Positions 10,419-20,366 of a DNA stretch of 64,000 nucleotides are shown piece after piece (the stretch's first letter is position 1; each line of letters starts with the position of its first letter). A program made the position numbers and the translations under genes. Below the pieces are notes generated by a model. The model was not told where the DNA came from. It did not search any database and was given only the letters and a program-made list of their open reading frames with translations. The DNA comes from a virus. Lineage: Duplodnaviria; Caudoviricetes. The DNA is taken from the IMG/VR virus record IMGVR_UViG_3300023218_000062; one strand, 5' to 3'.

Positions 10419-10471
10419 AATCTATGTATTTTTATATAACATATATTAAATTTTTGTTATATTCATAATAT

Positions 10472-10493
10472 TTGACTACTCCCCCCACTAAAG
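10472..10493 (-). mobile_element. isolated IS200/IS605 right-end-like relic
   Basis: CTTTAGTGGGGGGAGTAGTCAA, matching the end of the 7836 relic. Confidence 0.45.
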
Positions 10494-10501
10494 TGTTTTG
10501 A

Positions 10502-10732
10502 TCAAAAATTGTCAATATATTCATCGTCCTCGGGTTTAAGATTTTTGATTGTTTCTATTACATCTTCTGGTAACTCATATTGCCATGCAATAGTTGCAAC
10601 CTTGTCAAATTCAGCTGGTGTAGAAATATTTGATTTCACCCAATTGATCAGCCATTCTTTTTGGGAACGAGTCATCCCCCCTCCGAGATTAAAGGATAAC
10701 GCCATATTTCTAAATAAGGTAAAATTCGCCAT
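10502..10732 (-). CDS. hypothetical protein
   Basis: ORF track, co-oriented in the operon. Confidence 0.55.
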   Translation of the reverse strand: MANFTLFRNMALSFNLGGGMTRSQKEWLINWVKSNISTPAEFDKVATIAWQYELPEDVIETIKNLKPEDDEYIDNF

Positions 10733-10768
10733 GATATTAAGTTTAAAGTTTAAACGGCATACTTTTAT

Positions 10769-11350
10769 TTATATAATTTCTAAGATGTTCTTCCATCCAT
10801 CGGCTTCTATTATGTGTTTTTCAGGTTCTTCTTCTTGTATGAATGATGTATATATTTTTATTGGATGTATGCCAAATTCATAACATTTATTCAAAAAACT
10901 ATGTCTATCATCTATAAGGTAATCCAATTTTATCAAATATTTTTCTTTTGTCACGATATAACCAAAGTTTCCTTTTCCAAACAGCCTAGCCAAATTATTA
11001 AATTTTGATCTACCCCCGTTTCCTTTATTATGCGTTACAAAAACTATATTGTAAGTTTTCATTAGCGTTTTAATAGACTCTACCGCATTTTCGACCGGCG
11101 GTATAGTATCATATACACCTTCCTGTCTCCAAAAATCCATAGGATGTACATTAGAGTTTTTCATTGGCGGAAAATGACTAGAAAGATTGTACCTAACTTT
11201 GTTTCCGGCATCGATATAATCCTGAATATTATAGGGCAAATCATTGTTTTCTGACATATTTTTAAGCCAATGCCACCAATTTATATCAGACCTTAACGTA
11301 GTTAAATCTACGTCAACTCCTATGGTTTTTCTGTCACTTAAAATATTCAT
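10769..11350 (-). CDS. 5'(3')-deoxyribonucleotidase (NT5C, HAD family)
   Basis: IGVDVDLT HAD motif I, FVT, KEK, LIDD. Confidence 0.85.
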   Translation of the reverse strand: MNILSDRKTIGVDVDLTTLRSDINWWHWLKNMSENNDLPYNIQDYIDAGNKVRYNLSSHFPPMKNSNVHPMDFWRQEGVYDTIPPVENAVESIKTLMKTYNIVFVTHNKGNGGRSKFNNLARLFGKGNFGYIVTKEKYLIKLDYLIDDRHSFLNKCYEFGIHPIKIYTSFIQEEEPEKHIIEADGWKNILEII

Positions 11351-11900
11351 CTATTACCCCTTTTACGGCTATATAATGATCTTCGATTGTAGTGTCATTA
11401 TCTCTATCAACCCTTCTTGTTATTTCTGGAAAGGCGGTAATCCAATCTCGACTGTCGTTATCAAAACTACAATTCTTTCTACCCCATTGTAATATAAGTA
11501 AAGATGTTGGTCCGAATGCCTCATATAATGGTTTTATCTCTTCTATAAACCCACCATCCGGTAAAATAAACTTATCATGATTGGAGAGCCTTGTTATATC
11601 TGTTCTTACACATTCACCAAAATAAGTTTTACCGTGGACAGGTTTGACCCATTCTTCACCTATCTTTATAAGATAATTTCGCTGAGATAATCCGCCTAGT
11701 TTATCCCATGGCAAATTTTTATCCACTGCATATCTTTCATCCCATTCTTCCTTGGGTATTTTTGATATTACTAATGCTATATTGATAAGGGTAAATTTAA
11801 AGGACATCATCGTATATCCATTTCGGTTAATGAACTCTTCCGCAATAGTATCCTTTCCACTTTGAGGGGGGCAATTAAGTACTACTATTTTTCTATTCAT
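11334..11900 (-). CDS. deoxynucleoside monophosphate kinase
   Basis: LNCPPQSGKDT P-loop, RNYLIKIGEEW, DGGFIEE. Confidence 0.8.
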   Translation of the reverse strand: MNRKIVVLNCPPQSGKDTIAEEFINRNGYTMMSFKFTLINIALVISKIPKEEWDERYAVDKNLPWDKLGGLSQRNYLIKIGEEWVKPVHGKTYFGECVRTDITRLSNHDKFILPDGGFIEEIKPLYEAFGPTSLLILQWGRKNCSFDNDSRDWITAFPEITRRVDRDNDTTIEDHYIAVKGVIDEYFK

Positions 11901-12027
11901 ACATCATCTTAAAACGTGCCGTATATCTTACAACCTAGATAGCTCTATGTCAAAGTATTTCAAGTACTTCATTAAATCACACTTTTTTGGCTTATATAAA
12001 TAAAATCGCGTATACATTGGAGAAAAA

Positions 12028-12741
12028 ATGAGTATAATACGACGTTCACTGGGGCTCTGTAAAAAAATAAATGCATCAACGTGTATAGAACAGGCAAGAA
12101 CGCTTAATACAAACCCATGGGAAGCTTACGCCACTGTAACAATATTTGATAGAAAAAAAACCACAGGTTTATTTAAGGATGGAGTATTAATAAATCAAAT
12201 AGATTTTAAGAAATTTACATCTAAATTAAATCATTTGAAGCAAATTAAGGATTTAGGGGGTGTGCCTCGTTATTATAGGGATCTTATCAGAAAACCGGGG
12301 TTACCGGAAGGATTTCAAGCTAGGGTAATTTTAATAAATGACAGGAATTATATTGATAATATTAATATACACAATAATGTTTTGTATACTATTAATAAAA
12401 AGATTATCACCATACCCTGTCCATATATAGATGAAAATAATGCAATAATTCTAGATTTTTTCACTGTATTTAATTCATTAAAGCTTAATAAGGATGATAT
12501 AAAATGCTATAATGCAAGAATAAAATTCGAAGATGAGAAAGAAGATGAAATAGAGATGGCAGTGGGAAGAAAAAAACAAAAAGATGGAAGCACTGGGGCT
12601 CGTATTATTAAAATGTCAGGAAAATATTCTTCTGAGTTCGGTGGCATACAAAATAAAATTAAGGCCGAGAATTCTAATAGTTCTTCACATATAACTCACG
12701 GTCTTAATAGTTCTTCACATATAGTTAACATTCTATTATAA
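12028..12741 (+). CDS. hypothetical protein
   Basis: 237-aa ORF with GGAG SD. Confidence 0.65.
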   Translation: MSIIRRSLGLCKKINASTCIEQARTLNTNPWEAYATVTIFDRKKTTGLFKDGVLINQIDFKKFTSKLNHLKQIKDLGGVPRYYRDLIRKPGLPEGFQARVILINDRNYIDNINIHNNVLYTINKKIITIPCPYIDENNAIILDFFTVFNSLKLNKDDIKCYNARIKFEDEKEDEIEMAVGRKKQKDGSTGARIIKMSGKYSSEFGGIQNKIKAENSNSSSHITHGLNSSSHIVNILL

Positions 12742-12771
12742 TATAGTTATTATAAAGAATATGGAAAACTT

Positions 12772-13401
12772 ATGACTTGTATAGTAGCATATAAAGATTT
12801 ATATGGGAAGATTTATATGGGTGGAGACGATATTGCCGCGTATCCTGATTCAGAGAGTTATGCAAAAAGATCATACGCACATTCAAAGATTTTTACTAAA
12901 ACGTTAAAAAATGATGTCTCAATTAAACACCCTGATTCTAATCCTAGACCCTTATTAATTGGATACACTACATCATTTAGAATGGGACAAATTCTAGAAT
13001 ATCATTTTGATGTCCCTAAATTAAATCCAGAGACAATAAGCAATAATATGGAATATATGGTTAAATCATTTGTTCCAGCCTTATATGAGTTATTTGACGA
13101 TAATTTATATATAAGAAAATCTGATGCTTCTGAAATTTCAGGCGGAGAGTTCATTGTGGCGTTCGAAAATAATATTTTTACTATATCATATGATTTCTCT
13201 GTCATGGAATTTAAGGGGCCCTTTGCATGTGTTGGTTGTGGTCAGTCATACGCTCTTGGTGCATTATATGTTGCATCTGAACATATGTCAACTAAGTCTA
13301 TTAACGTTTCAAATGGAGAGAATATAGTTAGGGCTGCTGTAAAAGCTGCCGCAAAATTTAGTGGATTTGTGGGGGATAATATTACTATACTATCTACCTA
13401 A
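12772..13401 (+). CDS. HslV/proteasome-like Ntn-hydrolase
   Basis: N-terminal MTCIVA (Thr nucleophile), GGD, KIF, VGCGQSYALGAL. Confidence 0.8.
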   Translation: MTCIVAYKDLYGKIYMGGDDIAAYPDSESYAKRSYAHSKIFTKTLKNDVSIKHPDSNPRPLLIGYTTSFRMGQILEYHFDVPKLNPETISNNMEYMVKSFVPALYELFDDNLYIRKSDASEISGGEFIVAFENNIFTISYDFSVMEFKGPFACVGCGQSYALGALYVASEHMSTKSINVSNGENIVRAAVKAAAKFSGFVGDNITILST

Positions 13402-13487
13402 ACAAAGTTGACATATTATATTTAAGCATATAAGATACTCCGAATAGATCAATAGGTGATCTATAATTAAATTATACAATTAAATTA

Positions 13488-13847
13488 ATGAAGTTAAACC
13501 ATATGAGAAAATTTAATACTAATCAGATATGTGATATACGTCACACCGTAAACATTGAAAATACTAGCCCCACAGCGGTCGCCAAGAAATATAAATCCTC
13601 ACCATCCACCGTTCGTAGAGTAGCATCTGGAGATAGTTATTCAGATATTCCTATGCCAAAGGCGATTCCGGGGTATTCCAATTATATTGCATATCCTAAT
13701 AACAAAATTTGGTCTATTAACCGAAATAAGTTTTTAACGCCTACAGTTAAAAAAGAAGACTACAAGACCAAGTATTTCAATCTTCGCTCTGGTAACGGAG
13801 TTAGACGATCAATACGCTCAAATGAGGTCTCTTCACAATTGTTTTAA
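13488..13847 (+). CDS. HTH plus NUMOD4-like DNA-binding protein (homing-endonuclease-derived)
   Basis: VAKKYKSSPSTVRRV HTH; KAIPGYSNYIAYPNNKIWS NUMOD4-like; no HNH motif. Confidence 0.6.
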   Translation: MKLNHMRKFNTNQICDIRHTVNIENTSPTAVAKKYKSSPSTVRRVASGDSYSDIPMPKAIPGYSNYIAYPNNKIWSINRNKFLTPTVKKEDYKTKYFNLRSGNGVRRSIRSNEVSSQLF

Positions 13848-13866
13848 TGCGTGAAAAGAGGGAAAT

Positions 13867-13891
13867 AAAAAGGGGGCAATGCCCCCTTTTT
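13867..13891. terminator. bidirectional rho-independent terminator
   Basis: AAAAAGGGGGC-AAT-GCCCCCTTTTT between convergent genes. Confidence 0.85.
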
Positions 13892-13911
13892 ATTCTCATT
13901 GTATTTTTAAA

Positions 13912-14316
13912 TTATATATTTTTTCTTTTTGACTCCAGACTTTCCGCGATAGTTACAACTGAATGAAAAGATTCTGTATTTTTTTCAGACAGCTTCTTAG
14001 TAGATTTCAAGTGTTTATGAGCCTTTTTTATAAGATCATTAGCAACTTTTAAATTACCCTTTTTCTTATTGGTTTCAGCTTCCTTAATTAACGCTTTCGC
14101 TTCTTTTAAGAATTTTGCTGCCTTATTATATCCCTTCTCGATATCAGATGTGTCAATGTTGTGATCTTCGTTTATCACAGAAAATTGACTCTCAAAAAGT
14201 TGTTCCTTTTCTTCTTTTATATCTTTAAGTATAGTGTTGAACTGCTTTTTGGTTGCATTGATATTATCATTAACCTTGGCTTCAATTAATAGACTGTAAA
14301 CATTAATATTTTTCAT
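13912..14316 (-). CDS. coiled-coil hypothetical protein, possibly prohead core
   Basis: helical K/E-rich; leader ends SLLIE. Confidence 0.6.
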   Translation of the reverse strand: MKNINVYSLLIEAKVNDNINATKKQFNTILKDIKEEKEQLFESQFSVINEDHNIDTSDIEKGYNKAAKFLKEAKALIKEAETNKKKGNLKVANDLIKKAHKHLKSTKKLSEKNTESFHSVVTIAESLESKRKNI

Positions 14317-14340
14317 AGTATTTTTTGCTCTTTTGTGTGT

Positions 14341-14895
14341 TTATTTATCGAAGTTAAATTCTTTATCTTCTTTATCAGATTTGGGATCTGAGTCTCTAGC
14401 ATCTGAAAATACACTATAGTCAAAATCTGGGTCTTCATCATCTTCCTCATAGTCGCTATCGGTACTCAAATCAAAGTCAAGATCATCTAAATCGGGAAGT
14501 TCTTCATTACCTTCTTCATCTTCACCACTTTTAAAATCCATACCACGATTTTGAAGTATCTGCTTGAGTTTGTGCGTTATATCAGTTCTTTTTTCTCCCG
14601 CAAAGATATCATCTTCTTCACTATCATAATCCGCGCCGCTGTCAGAGTCTTCAGGGTCTTCACTATCATAATTCATTCCAAAATCATTGTCTCCATCGAA
14701 GGACATTTCACCATTCTCCGATGATTCTATGCCCTCGATATCATCTTGCCCATTAACATAGGCCCCTTTCATACTCTTACCATGACGGGCAGGGCCAAAT
14801 TCTTTTTCAAAATCTAGTCCAGTATTCTCTGTATCTTCTTCATTATCCGTCATTCTGATATCAAATTCATTTATGATATTATAAAGTTCGCTCAT
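14341..14895 (-). CDS. highly acidic protein, possibly scaffold/core
   Basis: D/E-rich tracts; leader MSELYNIINE; tandem TATAAATA upstream at ~14910-14935. Confidence 0.65.
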   Translation of the reverse strand: MSELYNIINEFDIRMTDNEEDTENTGLDFEKEFGPARHGKSMKGAYVNGQDDIEGIESSENGEMSFDGDNDFGMNYDSEDPEDSDSGADYDSEEDDIFAGEKRTDITHKLKQILQNRGMDFKSGEDEEGNEELPDLDDLDFDLSTDSDYEEDDEDPDFDYSVFSDARDSDPKSDKEDKEFNFDK

Positions 14896-15005
14896 TTTTA
14901 ACTTACCTTTGCAGTTTATTTATACTTTATTTATAAGATACATGTATAATTGTTGACAATGTGAGCTTAAGCCAGTAATATTCCACTATTAATAGAGGAA
15001 TAAAA

Positions 15006-16082
15006 ATGAGAATAGAGGAAGATATGAAACTAGATTTTTCAGATGTTTTAATACGTCCTAAAAGAAGCAATTTGGCATCTAGAAAAGATGTTACGTTACA
15101 GAGAGATATAGTATGTAAATATTCTGGTAAAACTCTTTCGGGTGTGCCCATAATGAATTCTAATATGGGAACATCAGGTACTTTCAAGGTAAGCTCGGAA
15201 TTAACTAAGCAGAAGTGTTTTTCTACCGCTCATAAATTCTATAATTTGGAAAGCTGGGAAAATAAATTGAGTGCTGAATATGATGCCGAGAATTCAAGTT
15301 TTTTTGATAAATTCTTTTTTCCTATGGGACTAAATGATGCAGATCTTAGCGATCTTGAACATTTAATACTAGAAAAGGATTACCCTTTACAGAATATAAT
15401 GATTGATGTTGCCAACGGTTATTCTGAAAAGTTTGTTAATTTTATTTCTAGAGTTAGAAATATGTTTCCGGATCTTATTATAGCAGCGGGAAACGTAGCA
15501 ACTCCTGATATGACAGAAGCCTTAATTTTATCAGGAGCAGATATAATAAAAGTAAACATAGGAGCAGGATCGTGCTGCACCACTCGTTTAAAGGCTGGTG
15601 TAGGATATCCTCAACTGAGTGCAGTAATAGAATGTGCAGACGCTGCACATGGGCTAGGAGGTCATATTATATCTGATGGGGGTTGTGTTGATGTTGCGGA
15701 TTTTTGCAAGGCGTTTGGAGCGGGGGCAGATATTGTAATGTCTGGATCTTTTTTCGCCGCAACAGATGAATCAGATTGTGATGAGTATATAGATCCTGAT
15801 ACAGGTAAAATATATAAAGTAAATTATGGAATGTCATCAAAAACTGCACAAGATAAATATGGTGACGGAATGAAAGACTATAGAAGTAGCGAAGGTCGTA
15901 CTGTAATTCTCCCCCCGTCTGGACCAACTAAAGACGTAATAAACGATATATTAGGTGGTATACGTAGCTGTTGCACATATGTAGGGGCAAATAAGATAAA
16001 GGAACTACCCAAACGCACAACTTTTATTAAAGTAAATAACACGCACAACACGATAAATGAATCAAATACAATAGGAAACTAA
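15006..16082 (+). CDS. guaC: GMP reductase
   Basis: KLDFSDVLIRPKRS, IDVANGYS, AGNVAT, KVNIGAGSCCTTR, GVGYPQLSA, YRSSEG. Confidence 0.95.
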   Translation: MRIEEDMKLDFSDVLIRPKRSNLASRKDVTLQRDIVCKYSGKTLSGVPIMNSNMGTSGTFKVSSELTKQKCFSTAHKFYNLESWENKLSAEYDAENSSFFDKFFFPMGLNDADLSDLEHLILEKDYPLQNIMIDVANGYSEKFVNFISRVRNMFPDLIIAAGNVATPDMTEALILSGADIIKVNIGAGSCCTTRLKAGVGYPQLSAVIECADAAHGLGGHIISDGGCVDVADFCKAFGAGADIVMSGSFFAATDESDCDEYIDPDTGKIYKVNYGMSSKTAQDKYGDGMKDYRSSEGRTVILPPSGPTKDVINDILGGIRSCCTYVGANKIKELPKRTTFIKVNNTHNTINESNTIGN

Positions 16083-16096
16083 AGGAGATTTATATT

Positions 16097-16423
16097 ATGA
16101 AAGATGAAGTAGTATTATTAAAATTAAGTGCCAGTTTTGCAGAAATTATCTGTAAAGTTAGTGATAGTGTCGCAGAAAAACTTATAGAAAAATCACCTAT
16201 TGATGCCTTTACTGTTATTTCACCATTTTTGATTCAAATGCAAAGAGATGAAAATGGAGATTTGGCCACCGGTTTACATGCTTTAAGCCTGATGATGAAA
16301 GGAGATCCGAAAAATGTAAAATTAAGATTAAATGACAGAGATATATTATTTGCGGCAAGACCCACAGATGATATAGAAAAACAATATAGACAAATGGTTA
16401 GTGGGATACAATTAGTGAAATAA
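16097..16423 (+). CDS. hypothetical phage protein
   Basis: 108-aa ORF with AGGAG SD. Confidence 0.65.
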   Translation: MKDEVVLLKLSASFAEIICKVSDSVAEKLIEKSPIDAFTVISPFLIQMQRDENGDLATGLHALSLMMKGDPKNVKLRLNDRDILFAARPTDDIEKQYRQMVSGIQLVK

Positions 16424-16465
16424 TCATGACATGTATATGTTTATAAATATTATAGTAAACTGAAG

Positions 16466-16657
16466 ATGTGGGCAATCATGGATTTACAATTAATTATAAC
16501 AATATTATTAATAATATCGGCAATATATGTTGTTGGGGGTATTATATCTTGTAGTATCGTATTATATCAAACCAAGGATTTTGAAGAAGCACTACAAGCA
16601 GGGATAATGTGGCCAATAGGATTATATTGGGTAATTTTAACTATATTACGACATTAA
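16466..16657 (+). CDS. small membrane protein
   Basis: two hydrophobic segments. Confidence 0.55.
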   Translation: MWAIMDLQLIITILLIISAIYVVGGIISCSIVLYQTKDFEEALQAGIMWPIGLYWVILTILRH

Positions 16658-16666
16658 GTTACAAAC

Positions 16667-16999
16667 TCAATATCCGATTAATGCACGTCTTCTTGCAATA
16701 TAATACTCTTGTTCATAGATGTCATGCATAATGGCTTTTTCATCCCATTCTTTACTGTGTTTATCCCATACGATATAAGAACCATCTTCGCCATGGACAA
16801 GAAAGAAATTGACCCCGCCATAGTTTGCAGGGTTATTTTTATCACATGGAATCATCTCATTCATTTGTTTTTTCGCTATTGCGTCATAAATTTTCAGTTT
16901 TATTGCAGAAGCTACTTTTGATTCTTTTTCTGTGATCGTTTTAAATGTAATCATAGTAATATAAATACTTTTCAGATAAAAATTATTTATATATTCCAT
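16667..16999 (-). CDS. hypothetical protein
   Basis: ORF track. Confidence 0.55.
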   Translation of the reverse strand: MEYINNFYLKSIYITMITFKTITEKESKVASAIKLKIYDAIAKKQMNEMIPCDKNNPANYGGVNFFLVHGEDGSYIVWDKHSKEWDEKAIMHDIYEQEYYIARRRALIGY

Positions 17000-17005
17000 A
17001 TTAAC

Positions 17006-17635
17006 ATGAATCTATTTAAAGAATTTAACCTTATGGAGGCGGAGAAGGCCGCTAATAAGGAAATCAAATATTCTATAGACATTATAAACCAAATGTATAA
17101 TGAATGGAAAAAGATCAAACGGCGCGTGAATGCCGTAGACATAGTTGTCACCACGGCCAACAAGCTATCTGTAATATCTCCCGCTGCTATAGATAGAATA
17201 CATGAAGCTTCAAGGGTAAAATTAACCTCTTTATTGATGCGCTGTATGGAACTGGGCTATTGGAAACCTTTAATCGAAAAGGCTCCCATATACAAAAAAC
17301 TATATCCATTAATTGCAAAACTCCACTCATATGATGCTAGAACAGGGACGGGGGGAACCCTAAAAGAGGTTATTCTCACCCGTTTGAGTGCCGCTCAGAG
17401 TTATCAAAACAAATTAGCAGACGGGACCATAGTATTCGTAGCATATGAACCTAAAATCACACCATCATATCAGAAATATTTATTTGGATCTGAATCTGAT
17501 AGAATTGTTGCTACTTTCAAAATGCAGACTTTAGAACTTCCACAAGATTATGCTTCATTATTAGAAACTTTAAGAATAAATCATGAAAAATCTATTAAAA
17601 AATTTAAAAATTCAATCAATAAAGGAAAGAAATAA
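17006..17635 (+). CDS. hypothetical protein, putative head-packaged protein
   Basis: leader MNLFKEFNLME. Confidence 0.65.
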   Translation: MNLFKEFNLMEAEKAANKEIKYSIDIINQMYNEWKKIKRRVNAVDIVVTTANKLSVISPAAIDRIHEASRVKLTSLLMRCMELGYWKPLIEKAPIYKKLYPLIAKLHSYDARTGTGGTLKEVILTRLSAAQSYQNKLADGTIVFVAYEPKITPSYQKYLFGSESDRIVATFKMQTLELPQDYASLLETLRINHEKSIKKFKNSINKGKK

Positions 17636-17669
17636 ATATAATAAATAAAATAACAATAAAGGAACAATC

Positions 17670-18371
17670 ATGAGTCAACAATGGTTTGGCAGAGTATATA
17701 AAGAAGATAAAAGAGATTTAGATTTCAAAATTGATGAAATTTTAACAACTATAGACATGCCTGACATATCAGAAAAGTTTTGGTGGGCTGATGGATGGAC
17801 TGGAAATCAAGGTGCTACATCCCACTGCGTGTCTTATAGTTGGAGTCATTGGTTTGAAGATGGTCCCGTAATTCAAGATGCTATAATAGGTAGGCAAAAG
17901 CCTGTATATGATACTACTATATTATATAATACATTCAGAAAATATGACGGCATAGAGGGTAATTACGATGGTACAACTGTTAGAGCAGGTGCTAAAACCT
18001 TTCAAAAATTGGGTATTATTAATGAATATAGATGGGCTCAAACTATAGAAGATGTCATCAACACTCTACTATACTTGGGTCCCATGGTTGTAGGTACTAA
18101 ATGGACAGAAGGAATGAATAATCCGAGTTCTGCACAACATATAATTCGGCCTTCTGGACGAGCATCTGGTGGCCATGCATATTTACTCAATGGTATTAAC
18201 ATGGAGAAGGAATTATTCAGGATAAAAAATTCTTGGGGTTCCACTTGGGGATATCGTGGCGCGGCATACATACGTTTTTCGGATTTTGAAAAACTATTAA
18301 AAGATCGCGGTGAGGCGTGTGTAGCATTTGAAAATAAAATAAATTCAATCGACGACCTCTCTGAAATATGA
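17670..18371 (+). CDS. papain-like cysteine protease (C1 family)
   Basis: NQGATSHCVSYS (Gln/Cys), GGHAY (His), IKNSWG (Asn). Confidence 0.9.
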   Translation: MSQQWFGRVYKEDKRDLDFKIDEILTTIDMPDISEKFWWADGWTGNQGATSHCVSYSWSHWFEDGPVIQDAIIGRQKPVYDTTILYNTFRKYDGIEGNYDGTTVRAGAKTFQKLGIINEYRWAQTIEDVINTLLYLGPMVVGTKWTEGMNNPSSAQHIIRPSGRASGGHAYLLNGINMEKELFRIKNSWGSTWGYRGAAYIRFSDFEKLLKDRGEACVAFENKINSIDDLSEI

Positions 18372-18401
18372 AAAAAGGGGGGCTAAGCCCCCCCCTTTTT
18401 T
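18371..18401 (+). terminator. rho-independent terminator
   Basis: AAAAAAGGGGGGC-TAA-GCCCCCCCC-TTTTTT. Confidence 0.8.
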
Positions 18402-18421
18402 AAGTCATCGTATCATCTATC

Positions 18422-18560
18422 TTGACAATTTCGAGAGGATTCTTGTTTCACAGTCCTGTGCATTGCTCCATACAGGAGATTCAGTCTTGCTAATTCCGTG
18501 TGCCCCACGGTTAAAATGTTTTTAGCTGCATTCACATCTCTGACATGATACGCTGAATTC
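18422..18560 (-). mobile_element. third tnpB 3'-end relic
   Basis: YHVRDVNAAKNILTVGHTELA followed by ...AAGAATCC...TGTCAA. Confidence 0.75.
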
Positions 18561-18666
18561 GTTCCACTTTCAATTTTTGTTTTTCAAAATTATCACTTTA
18601 TTTTTCTTTCTTTGCCTGAATAAATACGTATTTTATAAATAGTTGAAATGAATATATCCAACGAAT

Positions 18667-18879
18667 ATGAAAGTACAACAGCTTATGGAAATTGCAGAGA
18701 AATATATAAACGCATACCAATATTACAAACAGATGTACAATACTAATAAAAATATGACTAGAGATTTCATTATAACGACAGTTGCTAGGATGTTTTTAAT
18801 TCCAAATATCAAAGACTTTCACACTTATGTGTTGAAAAGGGATAAAAATGAAAAACATGGAATGCTTTATCCTAAATAA
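18667..18879 (+). CDS. small hypothetical protein with head-targeting-like leader
   Basis: MKVQQLME; TATAAATA at ~18635. Confidence 0.6.
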   Translation: MKVQQLMEIAEKYINAYQYYKQMYNTNKNMTRDFIITTVARMFLIPNIKDFHTYVLKRDKNEKHGMLYPK

Positions 18880-18916
18880 TTAATGGGAGTTACACTAAAA
18901 AGACAGCGTGTGAGGT

Positions 18917-19498
18917 TTGGTTTCGATGATTAGAATATTACAAATAACAATTGTTAGTTTATTTCTATTTGCGCCGCGAGCGCTTGCAGAAACTACAATA
19001 GCCGGGGTTTTTATAGTGACCAATGGGCTAGGTTATGATTCTCCCGGATATGGTATACAAATAGGACATAATGATAGATATGGAAACTGGGGTTGGGATG
19101 TCGAAGGTATGGCAGTAAATCATGGGAAAATCGGATCGAATAAAGGTTTTCGCTTACAGACTATTGGAATGGGAAGAAGATTTTTTGGAAACTATTTTAT
19201 AGAAGCAGGCATTGAATGGGGTGGCTATAAATCTGAGTTTCCAGATCGGCCAGCATGGGTAAAGTATGGGCGAGCGCCGGGAGTTGGAATCGGGGCATTA
19301 CAAGATGGTGTTGAATGGAAAATCCGCTATTTTGCGAAAGACACTACACCAAACAACACATCTGTGGCGGCTGCTGCAGTTGATATTCCGTTTGGTGAAT
19401 GGTCTATTGGAGCCACTTTAGAGCGATGGAAATTTGATCAAAATGATGATCGTTTATCAGGTATGCAAGTAGCATTGACATATGGAAGAAAATTTTAA
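18917..19498 (+). CDS. exported outer-membrane beta-barrel-like protein
   Basis: signal peptide ending ALA, alternating hydrophobic/Gly strands, C-terminal YGRKF. Confidence 0.7.
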   Translation: MVSMIRILQITIVSLFLFAPRALAETTIAGVFIVTNGLGYDSPGYGIQIGHNDRYGNWGWDVEGMAVNHGKIGSNKGFRLQTIGMGRRFFGNYFIEAGIEWGGYKSEFPDRPAWVKYGRAPGVGIGALQDGVEWKIRYFAKDTTPNNTSVAAAAVDIPFGEWSIGATLERWKFDQNDDRLSGMQVALTYGRKF

Positions 19499-20262
19499 TT
19501 ATAATATGCCATACTAATAATGCCATTTTCATCTTCATATAGATAAGAACAAAATTCTACCCAACAACCACAATTCAAATACCTGACATTATTAATAATT
19601 TTATCTTCTGCATTGTGAATATGGCCACATATAACACCATTTGCATCATGCTCTTTCGCACATTCTACAACTAATTTTTCGTAATTATTAATATATTGTA
19701 TGGAACGTTTAACACTATGTTTTATCCATTGTGCCAAACTCCATTCTTTCATTTTAAAAAATCTTCTTAATTTATTTTGGAAATTATTTGCCCATATAAT
19801 CAATTTATAACTATAATTCCCTAAAGCATATATAAATGGATACATTCTAATAAGACCATCAAATTCATCACCATGCAGAATAAAAAATTCATCACCATTT
19901 TTTGTCGTATATGTGTCATTGTACTTTATGGTTATTCCATTAAAATTAACACCATCAGGTGATTCTTCTAAAAACTCTTCAGAAAGGAAATGATCATGAT
20001 TCCCTCTTATGTATGTAATTTTCACACCTTTATCTGCCATTCTAAATAATTTTTTTATTATCTTTCTATGTCTAGACCAAAATACTTTGTGGCTAAAATT
20101 TGTCATATCAATAATATCCCCTACAAGAAATAGCTGTTGGATTATATATTTCCCATTCTTGTCTTCTAAGGACTTTAAGAAATCATATAGTTTATTATAT
20201 TGGCAGTTAGGGTTTCCTAGATGTACATCGGATATCCAAATAGTAACGGGTTTTATTTTCAC
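19495..20262 (-). CDS. plcP: PlcP/LpxH-family metallophosphoesterase (phospholipase C-like)
   Basis: WISDVHLG, LVGDIID, GNHD, LHGDEFD, WSLAQWIK, CGHIH, NCGCWVE. Confidence 0.8.
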   Translation of the reverse strand: MKIKPVTIWISDVHLGNPNCQYNKLYDFLKSLEDKNGKYIIQQLFLVGDIIDMTNFSHKVFWSRHRKIIKKLFRMADKGVKITYIRGNHDHFLSEEFLEESPDGVNFNGITIKYNDTYTTKNGDEFFILHGDEFDGLIRMYPFIYALGNYSYKLIIWANNFQNKLRRFFKMKEWSLAQWIKHSVKRSIQYINNYEKLVVECAKEHDANGVICGHIHNAEDKIINNVRYLNCGCWVEFCSYLYEDENGIISMAYYN

Positions 20263-20290
20263 ATAAGCTCCTTTTCAGAAAATGTTAAAT

Positions 20291-20366
20291 TGGTGCCAAT
20301 AGAGGGATTTGAACCCCCGACCTTTTCCATACCAAGAAATTGCTCTTCCGGCTGAGCTATATTGGC
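20291..20366 (-). tRNA. tRNA-Thr(GGT)
   Basis: cloverleaf GCCAATA...TT-GGT-AT...GGTTCAAATCC...TATTGGC-ACCA. Confidence 0.9.

Noticed and set aside
12670-12725. Direct repeat taatagttcttcacatata x2 at the end of 12028..12741
   Set aside because: Short local duplication within the ORF with no further copies seen
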